A stretch of DNA of 64,000 nucleotides, taken from assembly GCA_015063285.1 (NCBI GenBank), contig SUST01000005.1:20063-84062 (forward strand). The letters run 5' to 3'. Below are positions 1-9,026 of the stretch, piece after piece. Source of the stretch: Thermoplasmata archaeon. Lineage in GTDB: Archaea; Thermoplasmatota; Thermoplasmata; Methanomassiliicoccales; Methanomethylophilaceae. The translations under genes were made by a program, and so were the position numbers. Within the stretch, counting starts at the first letter, position 1. Every line of letters begins with the position of its first letter. Below the pieces are notes generated by a model. It did no database searches. It saw only the letters and a program-made list of their open reading frames with translations, and was not told where the DNA came from.

Positions 1-1987
1 CCGGAGCTTTTCCGCTGCCACCGTCTATGTCGTAGTACACATAGTGTCCCTCTTTCCATTGGGCTACGAAAGTGATGTCTGATTCGCCCATTGTGATGGT
101 TTGGCCTTTCTCATAGACCTTTCCATCCCACAGCCATCCTTTGAAGAGATACCCCTCCCTGGTCCCGGTGTAGTCATAGACGGCGAACTCATACCCTTCA
201 AAGTAATATGTTGGAATGGGGACCGTGCCCTTACCTTCGGCCTGATCGTATGTGACCTTGTGTTCCTTGGTCTCTCCCTGTTCGGCAACCATGACGCGAT
301 TTGTATTTTCCTTTAATTTGAAAGTATGGCCCAGGAAATCAGCGCTGCTAAAGTCCGTGATCTTTGTTATCCCATCTGATTTGTAGAACTCATAGTCAGT
401 CTGGGGATAGGGGAATTGGAAGGCAGTGTTGGAAATGCCCTTACACTCTTTACTCACCGTCAACTTTTTCAGATCGAAATTAAACGCATCCCCTCCGATA
501 CTGCTTACATTGGATGACAGGATCAAGTAATCCACCACCGCTGTGCAATTTCTAAACGCAGAACCACCCACTGTCGTTATATTTATAGAAATCACGAGTT
601 CTCCCGCAGTCTGTGTACCTTTTCCATCATAAAACTTACAAGAGCTGAAAGCACTATCATTGATGGTTGTAACGGAATCAGAGATCACGTGCTTCACACT
701 TTTTCCATCCTTATATTCTCCATAGAAGGTGCTACACTGAAAAGCTGTACTGCTGATCGTTGTTACGCTGCAGGGTATGTACAGTACCCCGTGGAATATG
801 GCATATTTGTAGAGATTGCTTTGGATTCTTTTAGTGCTATCCGGTATTTCCAAACCGCCCTTGAATTCACTATGGGAAAAAGGCTCGGTCACACCTATTA
901 AATCGGCATTCACTGTCAGCTTATTGAATACACATTTCCCGAATGCGGAAGCGCCCATTCTTTGCACACCATTCGGTATCATAAGATCGGGCGGATTATC
1001 ATTGGCTTTATAACAATTGTAGAAAGCATGATTCTCTATCGTCTTCAAGGTTCCTGGTATCACTGGCGTTCCTGTGAAAGTAGATCCATTGAAAGCATGT
1101 TCGCCGATAAATTCGATGTGCCCTGGAAATTTGAATTCGCATAAGAAAGGGACGTTCTCGAATGCATGTTCGCCGATATACAACACTGAATCAGAAAGAG
1201 TGAGACTATTGAATTTGCAGCCGGTAAATGCATACGCTCCTATTTTTTCGAGAGAATAGGGCGTCTTGAGCGTTTCAGTAAAGCGACAGTTCTCGAACGC
1301 CCTGTCTTCGATGTTGATCAACTCCTCTGGAAGACTGAGGGTGCCGGTCAATCCACTGCATGCATTGAATGCATATTGACTGATTGTTGTGATATTCTGT
1401 GGGAAAGTAAGAGATCCGGTCAACGCGCTGCAATTGGCGAATGCATATGCTCCTATCGACTCAAGACTAGTGAGGTTTTGTAGTTGTAGATTACCCAGTT
1501 GTACGCAATCTTTGAACGCGTAATCTCCGATGGATTGTATTTGATCTGCTCCGCCGAACCCGATGGTTGTAACATTTTCGAGTCCGAAGAATGCATACGC
1601 TCCTATAGTGATCGCTCCAAGCCCGACAGTGATCTTAGTGATTTTTGATTTGTATGTGTCGCTCTTCCACGGAGCGGGGTTGTCAGCGGTGTAATCCGCC
1701 ATATATCCGTTGTCCCCATCTTCTTTAGTTATCTCTAAGAGGTAATCGTCCGTGGGCTCTGTTGTTTCTGTAATATCTTTGAGTTCCCAGTGGAGTCCTC
1801 CGCAGGTTCCTGACGGAAGGTCACCATCCGCATTGGTCTGTCCAGGGTATATCAGCGACGATGCTATCATCGCAAATATCGCCAGGATCGCAATCCCTGT
1901 CAGCATGCGCTTGTACTCAGCGGCCGTCCGGCCACCAGGTTTCCCAGCTGTTCTCCTTTTTGGGTGCGATAGGACTCTTTCATTCAT
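1..1987 (-). CDS. BspA-type leucine-rich-repeat (LRR_5) surface protein with Listeria-Bacteroides (InlB B) repeat; runs off left edge
   Basis: Not in the ORF track; translated by hand. ATG at 1987, open to the window edge. N-terminus MNERVLSHPKRRTAGKPGGRTAAEYKRMLTGIAILAIFAMIASSLIYPGQTNADG has a hydrophobic signal segment. Many I(G/S)xxAFxxC repeats (IGAYAFFG, IGDYAFKDC, IGEHAFEN, IENHAFYNC), then KVTYDQAEGKG...YLFKGWLWDGKVYEKGQTITMGESDITFVAQWK. Confidence 0.85.
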   Translation of the reverse strand, partial: MNERVLSHPKRRTAGKPGGRTAAEYKRMLTGIAILAIFAMIASSLIYPGQTNADGDLPSGTCGGLHWELKDITETTEPTDDYLLEITKEDGDNGYMADYTADNPAPWKSDTYKSKITKITVGLGAITIGAYAFFGLENVTTIGFGGADQIQSIGDYAFKDCVQLGNLQLQNLTSLESIGAYAFANCSALTGSLTFPQNITTISQYAFNACSGLTGTLSLPEELINIEDRAFENCRFTETLKTPYSLEKIGAYAFTGCKFNSLTLSDSVLYIGEHAFENVPFLCEFKFPGHIEFIGEHAFNGSTFTGTPVIPGTLKTIENHAFYNCYKANDNPPDLMIPNGVQRMGASAFGKCVFNKLTVNADLIGVTEPFSHSEFKGGLEIPDSTKRIQSNLYKYAIFHGVLYIPCSVTTISSTAFQCSTFYGEYKDGKSVKHVISDSVTTINDSAFSSCKFYDGKGTQTAGELVISINITTVGGSAFRNCTAVVDYLILSSNVSSIGGDAFNFDLKKLTVSKECKGISNTAFQFPYPQTDYEFYKSDGITKITDFSSADFLGHTFKLKENTNRVMVAEQGETKEHKVTYDQAEGKGTVPIPTYYFEGYEFAVYDYTGTREGYLFKGWLWDGKVYEKGQTITMGESDITFVAQWKEGHYVYYDIDGGSGKAP

Positions 1988-1998
1988 GTTTCAGCCCC

Positions 1999-3582
1999 TC
2001 AGAATCCCAATCCGTCCAGGAAGTAGTCCATATAGGTGTTCTTCTCGTATATGGTCCAGGTCTTTACGGACATACCGTTCAGTATCTCGATCTGGTTGCC
2101 CTTGTCATCGATCAGGGCCTGATCATCGAAGGATACTCTGATCTTGAAGAACGCACCCTCTTTGGTAATGGTGGCATCGTCCGCGATGGAGTGTATCTTT
2201 CCGTTAACGCATCCGAACTCGGTCTGCAGGAGCCCATCGACGGTGAATCTGCATTCCTGTCCGACTGCAAGCCTTACCCTGTCATGGGCGTTGACGACCA
2301 TCTCGATCTGCTTGTCCGAACCGCTGTTGATGTTACCGATGGCCGCTCCGGTCTGCACATAGGAACCAACTTCGATATCCAGGTCATAGTGGACCGTTCC
2401 GGTGTTCGCCGCCTTTATGGTATACTTCGCGATGTTCGCTTCAGCCGAAGCGATCTGCGCCTTGAGCTGGACAGTCTGGTCCTTGGCATTGCTGTTCTCG
2501 CTTCTAATCGATGAAAGATACTTCAGCTTCACATACTCCTGCTTGTTGTCCAGATTGTTCTGGTTGTATTCGGAGAGGTATTGATTGAACAGATCGTAGA
2601 ATTCGACTTCTACCGGCTCCGTGGAACTGCCTATGAAAGGATTGGAAGTGGTATCCCTATTGAGGGAGTTGATCATGGTATCGATCCTCTCAAGCCTGTC
2701 CTCCGCCTTTTCGCCCTGTTTTACGTATGAGTCGTATTGAATAAGCTCTTTTTCCAGATTGGCCTTCGTGTTGTACCAAGTATTGTAGAAGTCCTTAATG
2801 GTGCTCATTTTGTAATAGGTGCCGTATTCAGGGATAAAAGAAGCGTCAATACATAACTGATAGAAATCGGCATAGATTTCATAGAAGTCCTTCTCCGATG
2901 ACCTAACGAACGGATTGTTGCCCGGACCCGGTTCAGAGGCCGCGGCCAGAAGTCTGTTGATCTTGCTTATCTTTTCCACACTGGCATTGTATAGCTCCTG
3001 ATACATGAGTCCGCTTTTGATGTCCTTCTCTGCAGAGGTCTTCTGGGAATACAGATTGTTGAGATATTTCATGCGTACAGTTTCTTTCTGATCCGCATAT
3101 GTCGTCTGTTCGAGTTCGTTCTCGTACGACTTCATCATCTCATAGAACTCCCTCTCGTCTCCCATGTTGACGAATGGATTCGGTTTGTCGTTCTCGACCG
3201 CATCCATGAATTCGCTGATAAGGGACAGTCTGTTCTCATAGTGCTTCAGCGAATTCTCGTAATTCCTGCGTTCCGCCTCTGCGACGGAAGAATCCAGCAC
3301 GAAGAGGATGTCATCCTTTGCTACAAGATCTCCTTCTCTCGCATACACCTCTATTATGGTGCCTGCGACATCGTTGGTGATGGATTTCACTCCAGAATCG
3401 ACCACGATCCCGGAGTTCTCCACCTCTTCGGCCTTGACGGCCGTGCACGACCATACCGCGACCCCTATGAGGATCAGTACTATGATTAGTATGGTATAGT
3501 ACATGAACTTCGGGGGATTGCGCATGTAGAATAGGCGGCTGTCCTTCAGTCCCTGAAGCTTGTAATCCCCCAAAGTTGCCAT
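1999..3582 (-). CDS. HlyD-family membrane-fusion (adaptor) protein, elongated
   Basis: N-terminal TM, lipoyl half motifs (VAGTIIEVYAREGDLVAKDDILFVLD; IKAANTGTVH), coiled-coil centre, beta-barrel C-terminus (GQECRFTVDG...GKIHSIADDA...GMS). Confidence 0.85.
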   Translation of the reverse strand: MATLGDYKLQGLKDSRLFYMRNPPKFMYYTILIIVLILIGVAVWSCTAVKAEEVENSGIVVDSGVKSITNDVAGTIIEVYAREGDLVAKDDILFVLDSSVAEAERRNYENSLKHYENRLSLISEFMDAVENDKPNPFVNMGDEREFYEMMKSYENELEQTTYADQKETVRMKYLNNLYSQKTSAEKDIKSGLMYQELYNASVEKISKINRLLAAASEPGPGNNPFVRSSEKDFYEIYADFYQLCIDASFIPEYGTYYKMSTIKDFYNTWYNTKANLEKELIQYDSYVKQGEKAEDRLERIDTMINSLNRDTTSNPFIGSSTEPVEVEFYDLFNQYLSEYNQNNLDNKQEYVKLKYLSSIRSENSNAKDQTVQLKAQIASAEANIAKYTIKAANTGTVHYDLDIEVGSYVQTGAAIGNINSGSDKQIEMVVNAHDRVRLAVGQECRFTVDGLLQTEFGCVNGKIHSIADDATITKEGAFFKIRVSFDDQALIDDKGNQIEILNGMSVKTWTIYEKNTYMDYFLDGLGF

Positions 3583-4043
3583 CAGATTACCTCGTTGAAA
3601 ATATCGGCGACGAATTCCTTGCCTTCCTCGGCGGGGTTCAGAACAGTGTAGAACACCGATCCGAGGGTAAGGTCGTGCTCGAATGCATAGACCTGCATCT
3701 TAGAGTATGCCATGATCATTTTGTCAATAGGTCCGGTGTATCTTGCCATGAGGCATTTCTCGAGCCTGATCTTGGGTTCGAAACTGTAGGGGTTGGCAAC
3801 ATTCGCGGGCGCCTCCTTGAGTTGGATGAGCATTTCGGAGTCGTGGGTAGACTCCTTGCCCATGATCTTTGTCGTGTCACGGACGATAAGGGGTCCGTAG
3901 GGTTTCAGGTTCTCCTTCTTCAGATAGGACTCGAACATCTTGGCCGATTTCTGGATGGTATCCTCATCGATGCCTTCCAGTATCCTGGAGATGACGTTGT
4001 TGAATGTCACGTTCTTGTCTTCTGCGATTTTTATCTCATTCAT
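3582..4043 (-). CDS. GyrI-like / DUF5085-like small effector-binding protein
   Basis: 153 aa with GPLI...CLMARYTG...AYSKMQVYAFEHDL pattern typical of the GyrI-like fold; overlaps both neighbours. Confidence 0.55.
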   Translation of the reverse strand: MNEIKIAEDKNVTFNNVISRILEGIDEDTIQKSAKMFESYLKKENLKPYGPLIVRDTTKIMGKESTHDSEMLIQLKEAPANVANPYSFEPKIRLEKCLMARYTGPIDKMIMAYSKMQVYAFEHDLTLGSVFYTVLNPAEEGKEFVADIFNEVI

Positions 4044-6348
4044 ATGTTATTTCTCCTATTTCGTCTAAATCGTTTGTTTTCTTTTCTTCCGAAGTTATTT
4101 CAGCCTTATCCACGGAAGGATCTTCGTATCCTATCGTGGTCTCATCTCTCTCCATGATCCTGGTCTCTTCGGACTTCTTCTCTCCGACGTTGATCTCGCC
4201 GGTCTGTGTGGACCATAGTTCGTAATATGCGCCGCGGAGCGCCAGAAGTTCATCGTGCGTTCCAGATTCGACAACCTTTCCAGAATCCATCATGTAGATC
4301 CTGTCGCAGTTGCGGATGGTACTGAGCCTGTGGGCTATGATGAGCATCGGGCAGTCCGCCAGCTTTTTGAATATGAGGTCGAAGGTTGTCTTCTCCGTGA
4401 CGTAGTCCATGTTGCTGGTGGCTTCGTCCATTATGAGGAAGTCCGGGTTTCTGAGGATGGCCCTTGCCAGGATCAGCCTCTGTTTCTCTCCTCCCGACAG
4501 TCCTCCGCCTGTCTCATCGAGGAAGGTGTCGTATCCCGCTGGGAGTCTTTTTATGAATTCGGTACAGCCCGCGATTTCGCACGCCCTGTCCATCTCTTCC
4601 TTGCTGGAGTACCCTCCGAGAAGCAGGTTCTCACGCAGAGAACCGCTGAATGTCCTGATGTCCTGGGGGACGCATCCTATGCGTTTCCTCAGAGAGAACG
4701 AGTCTATCTCCTCGATGTTGCGTCCGTTGACCTTTACGGTACCGGACTGGGGGCTGTAGAACTTGAGTATGAGCTTGGACAGGGTAGTCTTGCCGCATCC
4801 TGACCTTCCGACAATCGCAATCTTCTCGCCTTTGCCGATATGGATGTTTACGCCTTCGAGCACTGGGGGCCTTGTTCCGTACCCAAATGTCACGTCGCAA
4901 ACCTCGATGTCCTCGATGGGGTCCTCAAGCAGGTCCTTTCCGTCCTCGATCTCGTTCTCTTCGTCGATGTCGTAGATCTCTGAGAGACGTTTCAGCGAGA
5001 TGTCCGCTTCCTGGATGCTCAGCTGCATCCCTATGAGCCTGCCTATGGGGTCGATGAAGTATCCCGCCAGTGATGTGAATGCCATGAGAGTACCGAGTGT
5101 GATGCTGCCCTGTATTGTGAGATATCCTCCGAAAAGGATCAATGCAAGATTGCCTATGTTCGTTATGGCTCCTGAAAGGGATGATTGGATGTTGTTCAGC
5201 ACCCCTCCGTCAAACTGTATGCGGAGTGACTTGATGAACTCGGTCTCGATCTTTTCCATTGAGTGTTCCTCGGAGACATTGGTTTTGATCGTTGCGACAT
5301 TGTTCAGTGATTCGATGATCTGGGAGTTGAGCCTCGCATTCTGTTCCATCGATTTCCTGTTCAGTTTTTTGTAAGGTGCCCTGAACGCGAACATCAGAAC
5401 ACTGCTCAGGATGGCCATTATCAGGACAATCCAGAACAGATCTATGGATTGGAAGGCCAGCACCACACCGACAATTATGACCATGGCGGCATCGATGACG
5501 ACCGTCAGAGCAGTGTTGGTTAGAATGTCTTTGACGGTTCCCGCGTCCTGGAATCTGGTGACGATGTCTCCAGTCCTTCTGGATTCGAAGAACCTGATAG
5601 GGAGTTTGAAAACGTGGTCGAAGTATCCCAGCATGAGAGGGATGTCGACCTTCTGCGAAAGGTAGAGGACCATGTGCGACCTAAATGCAGAAACGATGAT
5701 GTTCGTACAGACAATCGCAATCAGAACTATACCGAACAGCAGCAGTTGATTGTCCTCCTGGTAGGGGATGATCTCATCCACCAGAGTCTTGTTGAACATC
5801 GCTATCAGGATACCGAAGATAGTGATCAGGACGGACATGATGATGGCCATGATGAAAAGACCTTTGTGTGCCCTCATCATCTTGGAGAATGTGCCGAACA
5901 GCGTTCTGCTCTTCTCCCTGGTCTTTATGAATTCTTCCTTCGGGACCATCATTATGAGTCCGCCGTCGAAGTCCTCATTGAACTCATCCAATGTTTTCTT
6001 GACGACTTTACCCGTGTCCGGATCCATGTAGAAGACTCTGTTCCTCTTTATGCTGTAAACTGCCACATAGTGGGCGGTTCCGTCCTCACGCACCAGTCTG
6101 GCGATGGCAGGGAGTGTGAAGTCGTCATGGGCAAAAGAATCCGAACTGATGTAGATGGGTCTGGAATCGAACCCAAGGGATTGCAGCCCTTTGTTGAGTC
6201 CATCGATCGTGGTTCCGTAAGCATCGGTACCCATGATGTCTCTCAGTTGGGCGATTGTGACATACTTGCCGTAGTATGAGCATATGCTTACTACGCAAGC
6301 AACTCCGCAATCGGAAGAATCATGCTGTTCGACGCACGGTATCTTCAA
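4036..6348 (-). CDS. Peptidase C39-containing ABC transporter (PCAT)
   Basis: QHDSSDCGVAC (catalytic Cys), AHYVAVY (His), DPD (Asp); TM domain; Walker A GRSGCGKTT, LSGGEKQR signature, Walker B LIMDE, H-loop IAHRLST. Confidence 0.95.
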   Translation of the reverse strand: MKIPCVEQHDSSDCGVACVVSICSYYGKYVTIAQLRDIMGTDAYGTTIDGLNKGLQSLGFDSRPIYISSDSFAHDDFTLPAIARLVREDGTAHYVAVYSIKRNRVFYMDPDTGKVVKKTLDEFNEDFDGGLIMMVPKEEFIKTREKSRTLFGTFSKMMRAHKGLFIMAIIMSVLITIFGILIAMFNKTLVDEIIPYQEDNQLLLFGIVLIAIVCTNIIVSAFRSHMVLYLSQKVDIPLMLGYFDHVFKLPIRFFESRRTGDIVTRFQDAGTVKDILTNTALTVVIDAAMVIIVGVVLAFQSIDLFWIVLIMAILSSVLMFAFRAPYKKLNRKSMEQNARLNSQIIESLNNVATIKTNVSEEHSMEKIETEFIKSLRIQFDGGVLNNIQSSLSGAITNIGNLALILFGGYLTIQGSITLGTLMAFTSLAGYFIDPIGRLIGMQLSIQEADISLKRLSEIYDIDEENEIEDGKDLLEDPIEDIEVCDVTFGYGTRPPVLEGVNIHIGKGEKIAIVGRSGCGKTTLSKLILKFYSPQSGTVKVNGRNIEEIDSFSLRKRIGCVPQDIRTFSGSLRENLLLGGYSSKEEMDRACEIAGCTEFIKRLPAGYDTFLDETGGGLSGGEKQRLILARAILRNPDFLIMDEATSNMDYVTEKTTFDLIFKKLADCPMLIIAHRLSTIRNCDRIYMMDSGKVVESGTHDELLALRGAYYELWSTQTGEINVGEKKSEETRIMERDETTIGYEDPSVDKAEITSEEKKTNDLDEIGEITYE

Positions 6349-6549
6349 ACAAACCCCTCACTAAATCGAATCACGTTTAGGGGCGTTGTTTTATTTAAAT
6401 AAAGTTAATCTTTAATCAGCATTTGAATAAACCAGGCAATATCTGGTCAGGCTTCTATGCAATCCTGCCCATTCAATGCATTATTTCGATCTTTCCTGAT
6501 AAAATAGGTAGAAATGACAATCGATTTTGTAAGTAAAAAATCAGAAATG

Positions 6550-6654
6550 CGGGTGGCCTCACCTCCGAAGGAGGGTGGAGATGAGGCCTTCACCGATCTG
6601 TCCCGACAAGGCAAGTTGTGGTAGTAGGGCCAGTTCAATGACGCGGCACACCCG
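6550..6654. ncRNA. Candidate structured intergenic RNA (unassigned)
   Basis: Closing helix CGGGTG (6550-6555)/CACCCG (6649-6654); GGCCTCA (6555-6561)/TGAGGCC (6582-6588); hairpin CCTCC-GAA-GGAGG; GC-rich island inside AT-rich intergenic DNA. Confidence 0.3.
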
Positions 6655-6790
6655 TTCTTTTTAATGGAATCATATGCCGTTAATACTATTAGGACTACTC
6701 CATTAAAAAAGGTAACGTAAAAATTTGTTTGTTAAGTATTACTTTTTGCTCGAAAAAGTATGTTCATTCGAACTATTTTGGGAAAAGGAG

Positions 6791-6814
6791 CCCTCCCCGT
6801 TTGAAAGGGGAAGG
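6791..6814 (-). terminator. Hairpin downstream of mtaB
   Basis: ccctcccc/ggggaagg imperfect stem just past the mtaB stop, followed by a pyrimidine run on the minus strand. Confidence 0.4.
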
Positions 6815-6838
6815 TAAGTGGTTTTAGTGAGCTACGAC

Positions 6839-8242
6839 TCAGAGGTCGTAGTTCTTGAGGTTGAAGTTGGGGACGATGTCCTTGAACTCTTTGGTTGCCC
6901 ACTCTACGAACTTGTCGGTGTCGTCGGGGAGGGCTGTGAGCTTCTTGTGGATGTCCTGGAGGGTCTCGAGCTGCTTGACAGTGAGTGCGAGTTCCTTGGA
7001 CTCGTATCCTTTGAGGAGGATCTCTGCTGCCTTGACTCCGGCTGCCTTGGACCTGAGGTACAGGTCGTTTCCGTTCTCGGCGATGGCCTGTCCGATCTCG
7101 TATGCGTGGTCGTAGGCGAGGATGTATGCCTCGGGTCCTCTGTATCTGTCAGCGTACATGTACAGGTCCCTGAGGGTCTTCTCCTGCTTGAGCTGGATGG
7201 CGGTGTTCATCAAAGCTGCCTCGTATCCGATGGATCCGAACCAGCACTGGACGGAGGTTCCTCCGAACTCGGGGTGATACTCGACAGACTCGTTGGACCA
7301 GAGGTCACAGCACTGTGCAATGAGGTTACCCTGAAGATCGCAGTGTGCGCACTGGCAGTTCTTTCCCTCCTGGGTGGTGGGCTTTCCGGCGATTGCCTTG
7401 ACGATGGGTCCCTCGTAACCGCAGTCTTTGTCGGGTCCGAGTGCTCCGCATTCCCATGCGCAGAGAGTCCTTGCGGCTGAGATTGCACGGGTGACTGCAG
7501 AGAAGGTCCTCTGAACATCCTGGTCCATCATTCCGCCGGCCATGAACATGGAAACGTTCGCACCGGAACAGTTGGTGTCTCCGCCAGGTGTGCTGTGGTT
7601 CTTCTTACAGATGTCGACCATCTGTGACCAGCACCAGGTCATGTCGATGGATCCGAGGTAACCTACTCCGAAGAGGAAGGCGACGATGTCTCCGTTCGTG
7701 ACTGCGTAGTCTGCGAATTCCTTTCCACCGACAGACTCGACGGACAGGTTGTCGCATCCGTTCTCACATGCGATGTCGCAGCACTCGAAGAACTTCTCGG
7801 GGTATGCGTGGGCCTCGTCCATTCCGGGCCTGAGTCCGTGGTCGGCCTCACGCTGGTCGGGGATGGTCTGCCTGGTACCGCAGTTGAGTCCGTACTCCTC
7901 GTGGTACTTCTCACACATCTCTTCCTGTCCGGCAACGACGGGTGCGGACAGCTTTGCCTGGTTCATCTGGGAGACCCACTCGGTCTCAAGCTGTACGTTG
8001 GGGAATCCGACGGTGATTGCCCTGTCGAGGATATCCTTTGTGATGTAGTCGACGTACTCTTTTCTGAGTCTCTCGGGGTCCTTCTCGGTTCCGGGCCTGG
8101 GAGCGTAGTTGATCTCAGGAACGACGTATCCTGCACCGAGTTTGAGTCCGAATCCGTATGTAACGGGCTGTTTTGCGTGTCCGAATACCATGTCGTCTGC
8201 GCAGTCATATGCCATCTTTGTGTATCTTGTAACTGTTGCCAT
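6839..8242 (-). CDS. mtaB: Methanol:corrinoid methyltransferase MtaB
   Basis: Characteristic motifs GLKLGAGYVVPEINYAPRPG, ESVGGKE, GDTNCSGAN, GKDCGYEG-like, CAHCDLQGNL, DLWSNES; 467 aa; adjacent to corrinoid protein. Confidence 0.95.
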   Translation of the reverse strand: MATVTRYTKMAYDCADDMVFGHAKQPVTYGFGLKLGAGYVVPEINYAPRPGTEKDPERLRKEYVDYITKDILDRAITVGFPNVQLETEWVSQMNQAKLSAPVVAGQEEMCEKYHEEYGLNCGTRQTIPDQREADHGLRPGMDEAHAYPEKFFECCDIACENGCDNLSVESVGGKEFADYAVTNGDIVAFLFGVGYLGSIDMTWCWSQMVDICKKNHSTPGGDTNCSGANVSMFMAGGMMDQDVQRTFSAVTRAISAARTLCAWECGALGPDKDCGYEGPIVKAIAGKPTTQEGKNCQCAHCDLQGNLIAQCCDLWSNESVEYHPEFGGTSVQCWFGSIGYEAALMNTAIQLKQEKTLRDLYMYADRYRGPEAYILAYDHAYEIGQAIAENGNDLYLRSKAAGVKAAEILLKGYESKELALTVKQLETLQDIHKKLTALPDDTDKFVEWATKEFKDIVPNFNLKNYDL

Positions 8243-8243
8243 C

Positions 8244-9026
8244 TCACTGACCTCCTACGATGCTGTCCCACTCTTCTCTGATTCTCTTCCAGTCGTATCC
8301 CTGCCTGATCTTCTCTGCGATCAAGGGGGTCTGGGGTGCCTTCTCGGAGTAGATTCCTAGGTCGTAAGAGTTGGCGTACTCCCTGTTGACTGCTCCACCG
8401 CATCCCATCAGGGGGATGTTGATTCCCTTCTCCATGAGCATCTTTGCCTCTGTGGGGAATGCGGACATGGTGGTGGTCATGAGTGCTGTTCCGCTGGCGA
8501 AGAGGGGCTTGACCTCCTCTACCTTTGCAACGAAGTCGACGATAGGTACGTCACGTCCCATATCGATGACATCGTATCCTGAGGACCTGACCATCACTGC
8601 TGCGATGTTCTTACCGATGTCGTGGGGGTCTCCCTCTGCCGCGTGCATGACGACGGATCCCTTGGACTCACGTCCTCCGGGGACCTGCTTCTCTGCGATT
8701 GCGATTCCGATCTCCATGGTCTTTGCGGCCATCATGATCTCGGGGAGGAAGTAGACGTGCTCTGCGTACAGTTTTGCGACGCATTCCATTCCAGCGACGA
8801 GTCCGTTGTTGATGATGTCGAGAGGCTCCCTTACCTTCAGAGCCTCCATTACAGTAGGTCCTACTGTCTTGAATTTCATATGAAGAACTTCTTCTGCTAC
8901 CTTTCTGAAAACCTCATCTGTAGGTAACATCTTCTCTGCCATTTCCTCAGGCGTCAATGTGACCTGCATGTCCACATCGTAACGTTTGAGGACTTTTGTG
9001 AAATCCGCTCCTTCCTTGCTTAGCAT
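8244..9026 (-). CDS. mtaC: Methanol corrinoid protein MtaC
   Basis: B12-binding motif AEGDPHDIGKNI (DxHxxG), SGTALMTTT, GGAV; cap domain; operon with mtaB. Confidence 0.92.
   Translation of the reverse strand: MLSKEGADFTKVLKRYDVDMQVTLTPEEMAEKMLPTDEVFRKVAEEVLHMKFKTVGPTVMEALKVREPLDIINNGLVAGMECVAKLYAEHVYFLPEIMMAAKTMEIGIAIAEKQVPGGRESKGSVVMHAAEGDPHDIGKNIAAVMVRSSGYDVIDMGRDVPIVDFVAKVEEVKPLFASGTALMTTTMSAFPTEAKMLMEKGINIPLMGCGGAVNREYANSYDLGIYSEKAPQTPLIAEKIRQGYDWKRIREEWDSIVGGQ

Noticed and set aside
6574-6594. Fluoride riboswitch-like P1 (GGTGGAG-ATGAGGC-CTTCACC)
   Set aside because: The required downstream GCUGAUG plus complementary pseudoknot segment is missing, and there is no fluoride-related gene downstream.
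6447-6638. 63-aa ORF as PCAT bacteriocin precursor
   Set aside because: TTG start without SD, no acidic double-glycine leader, and it runs through AT-rich promoter-like DNA.
4255-8927. Plus-strand ORFs overlapping PCAT, mtaB and mtaC
   Set aside because: Antisense shadow frames of well-supported genes.
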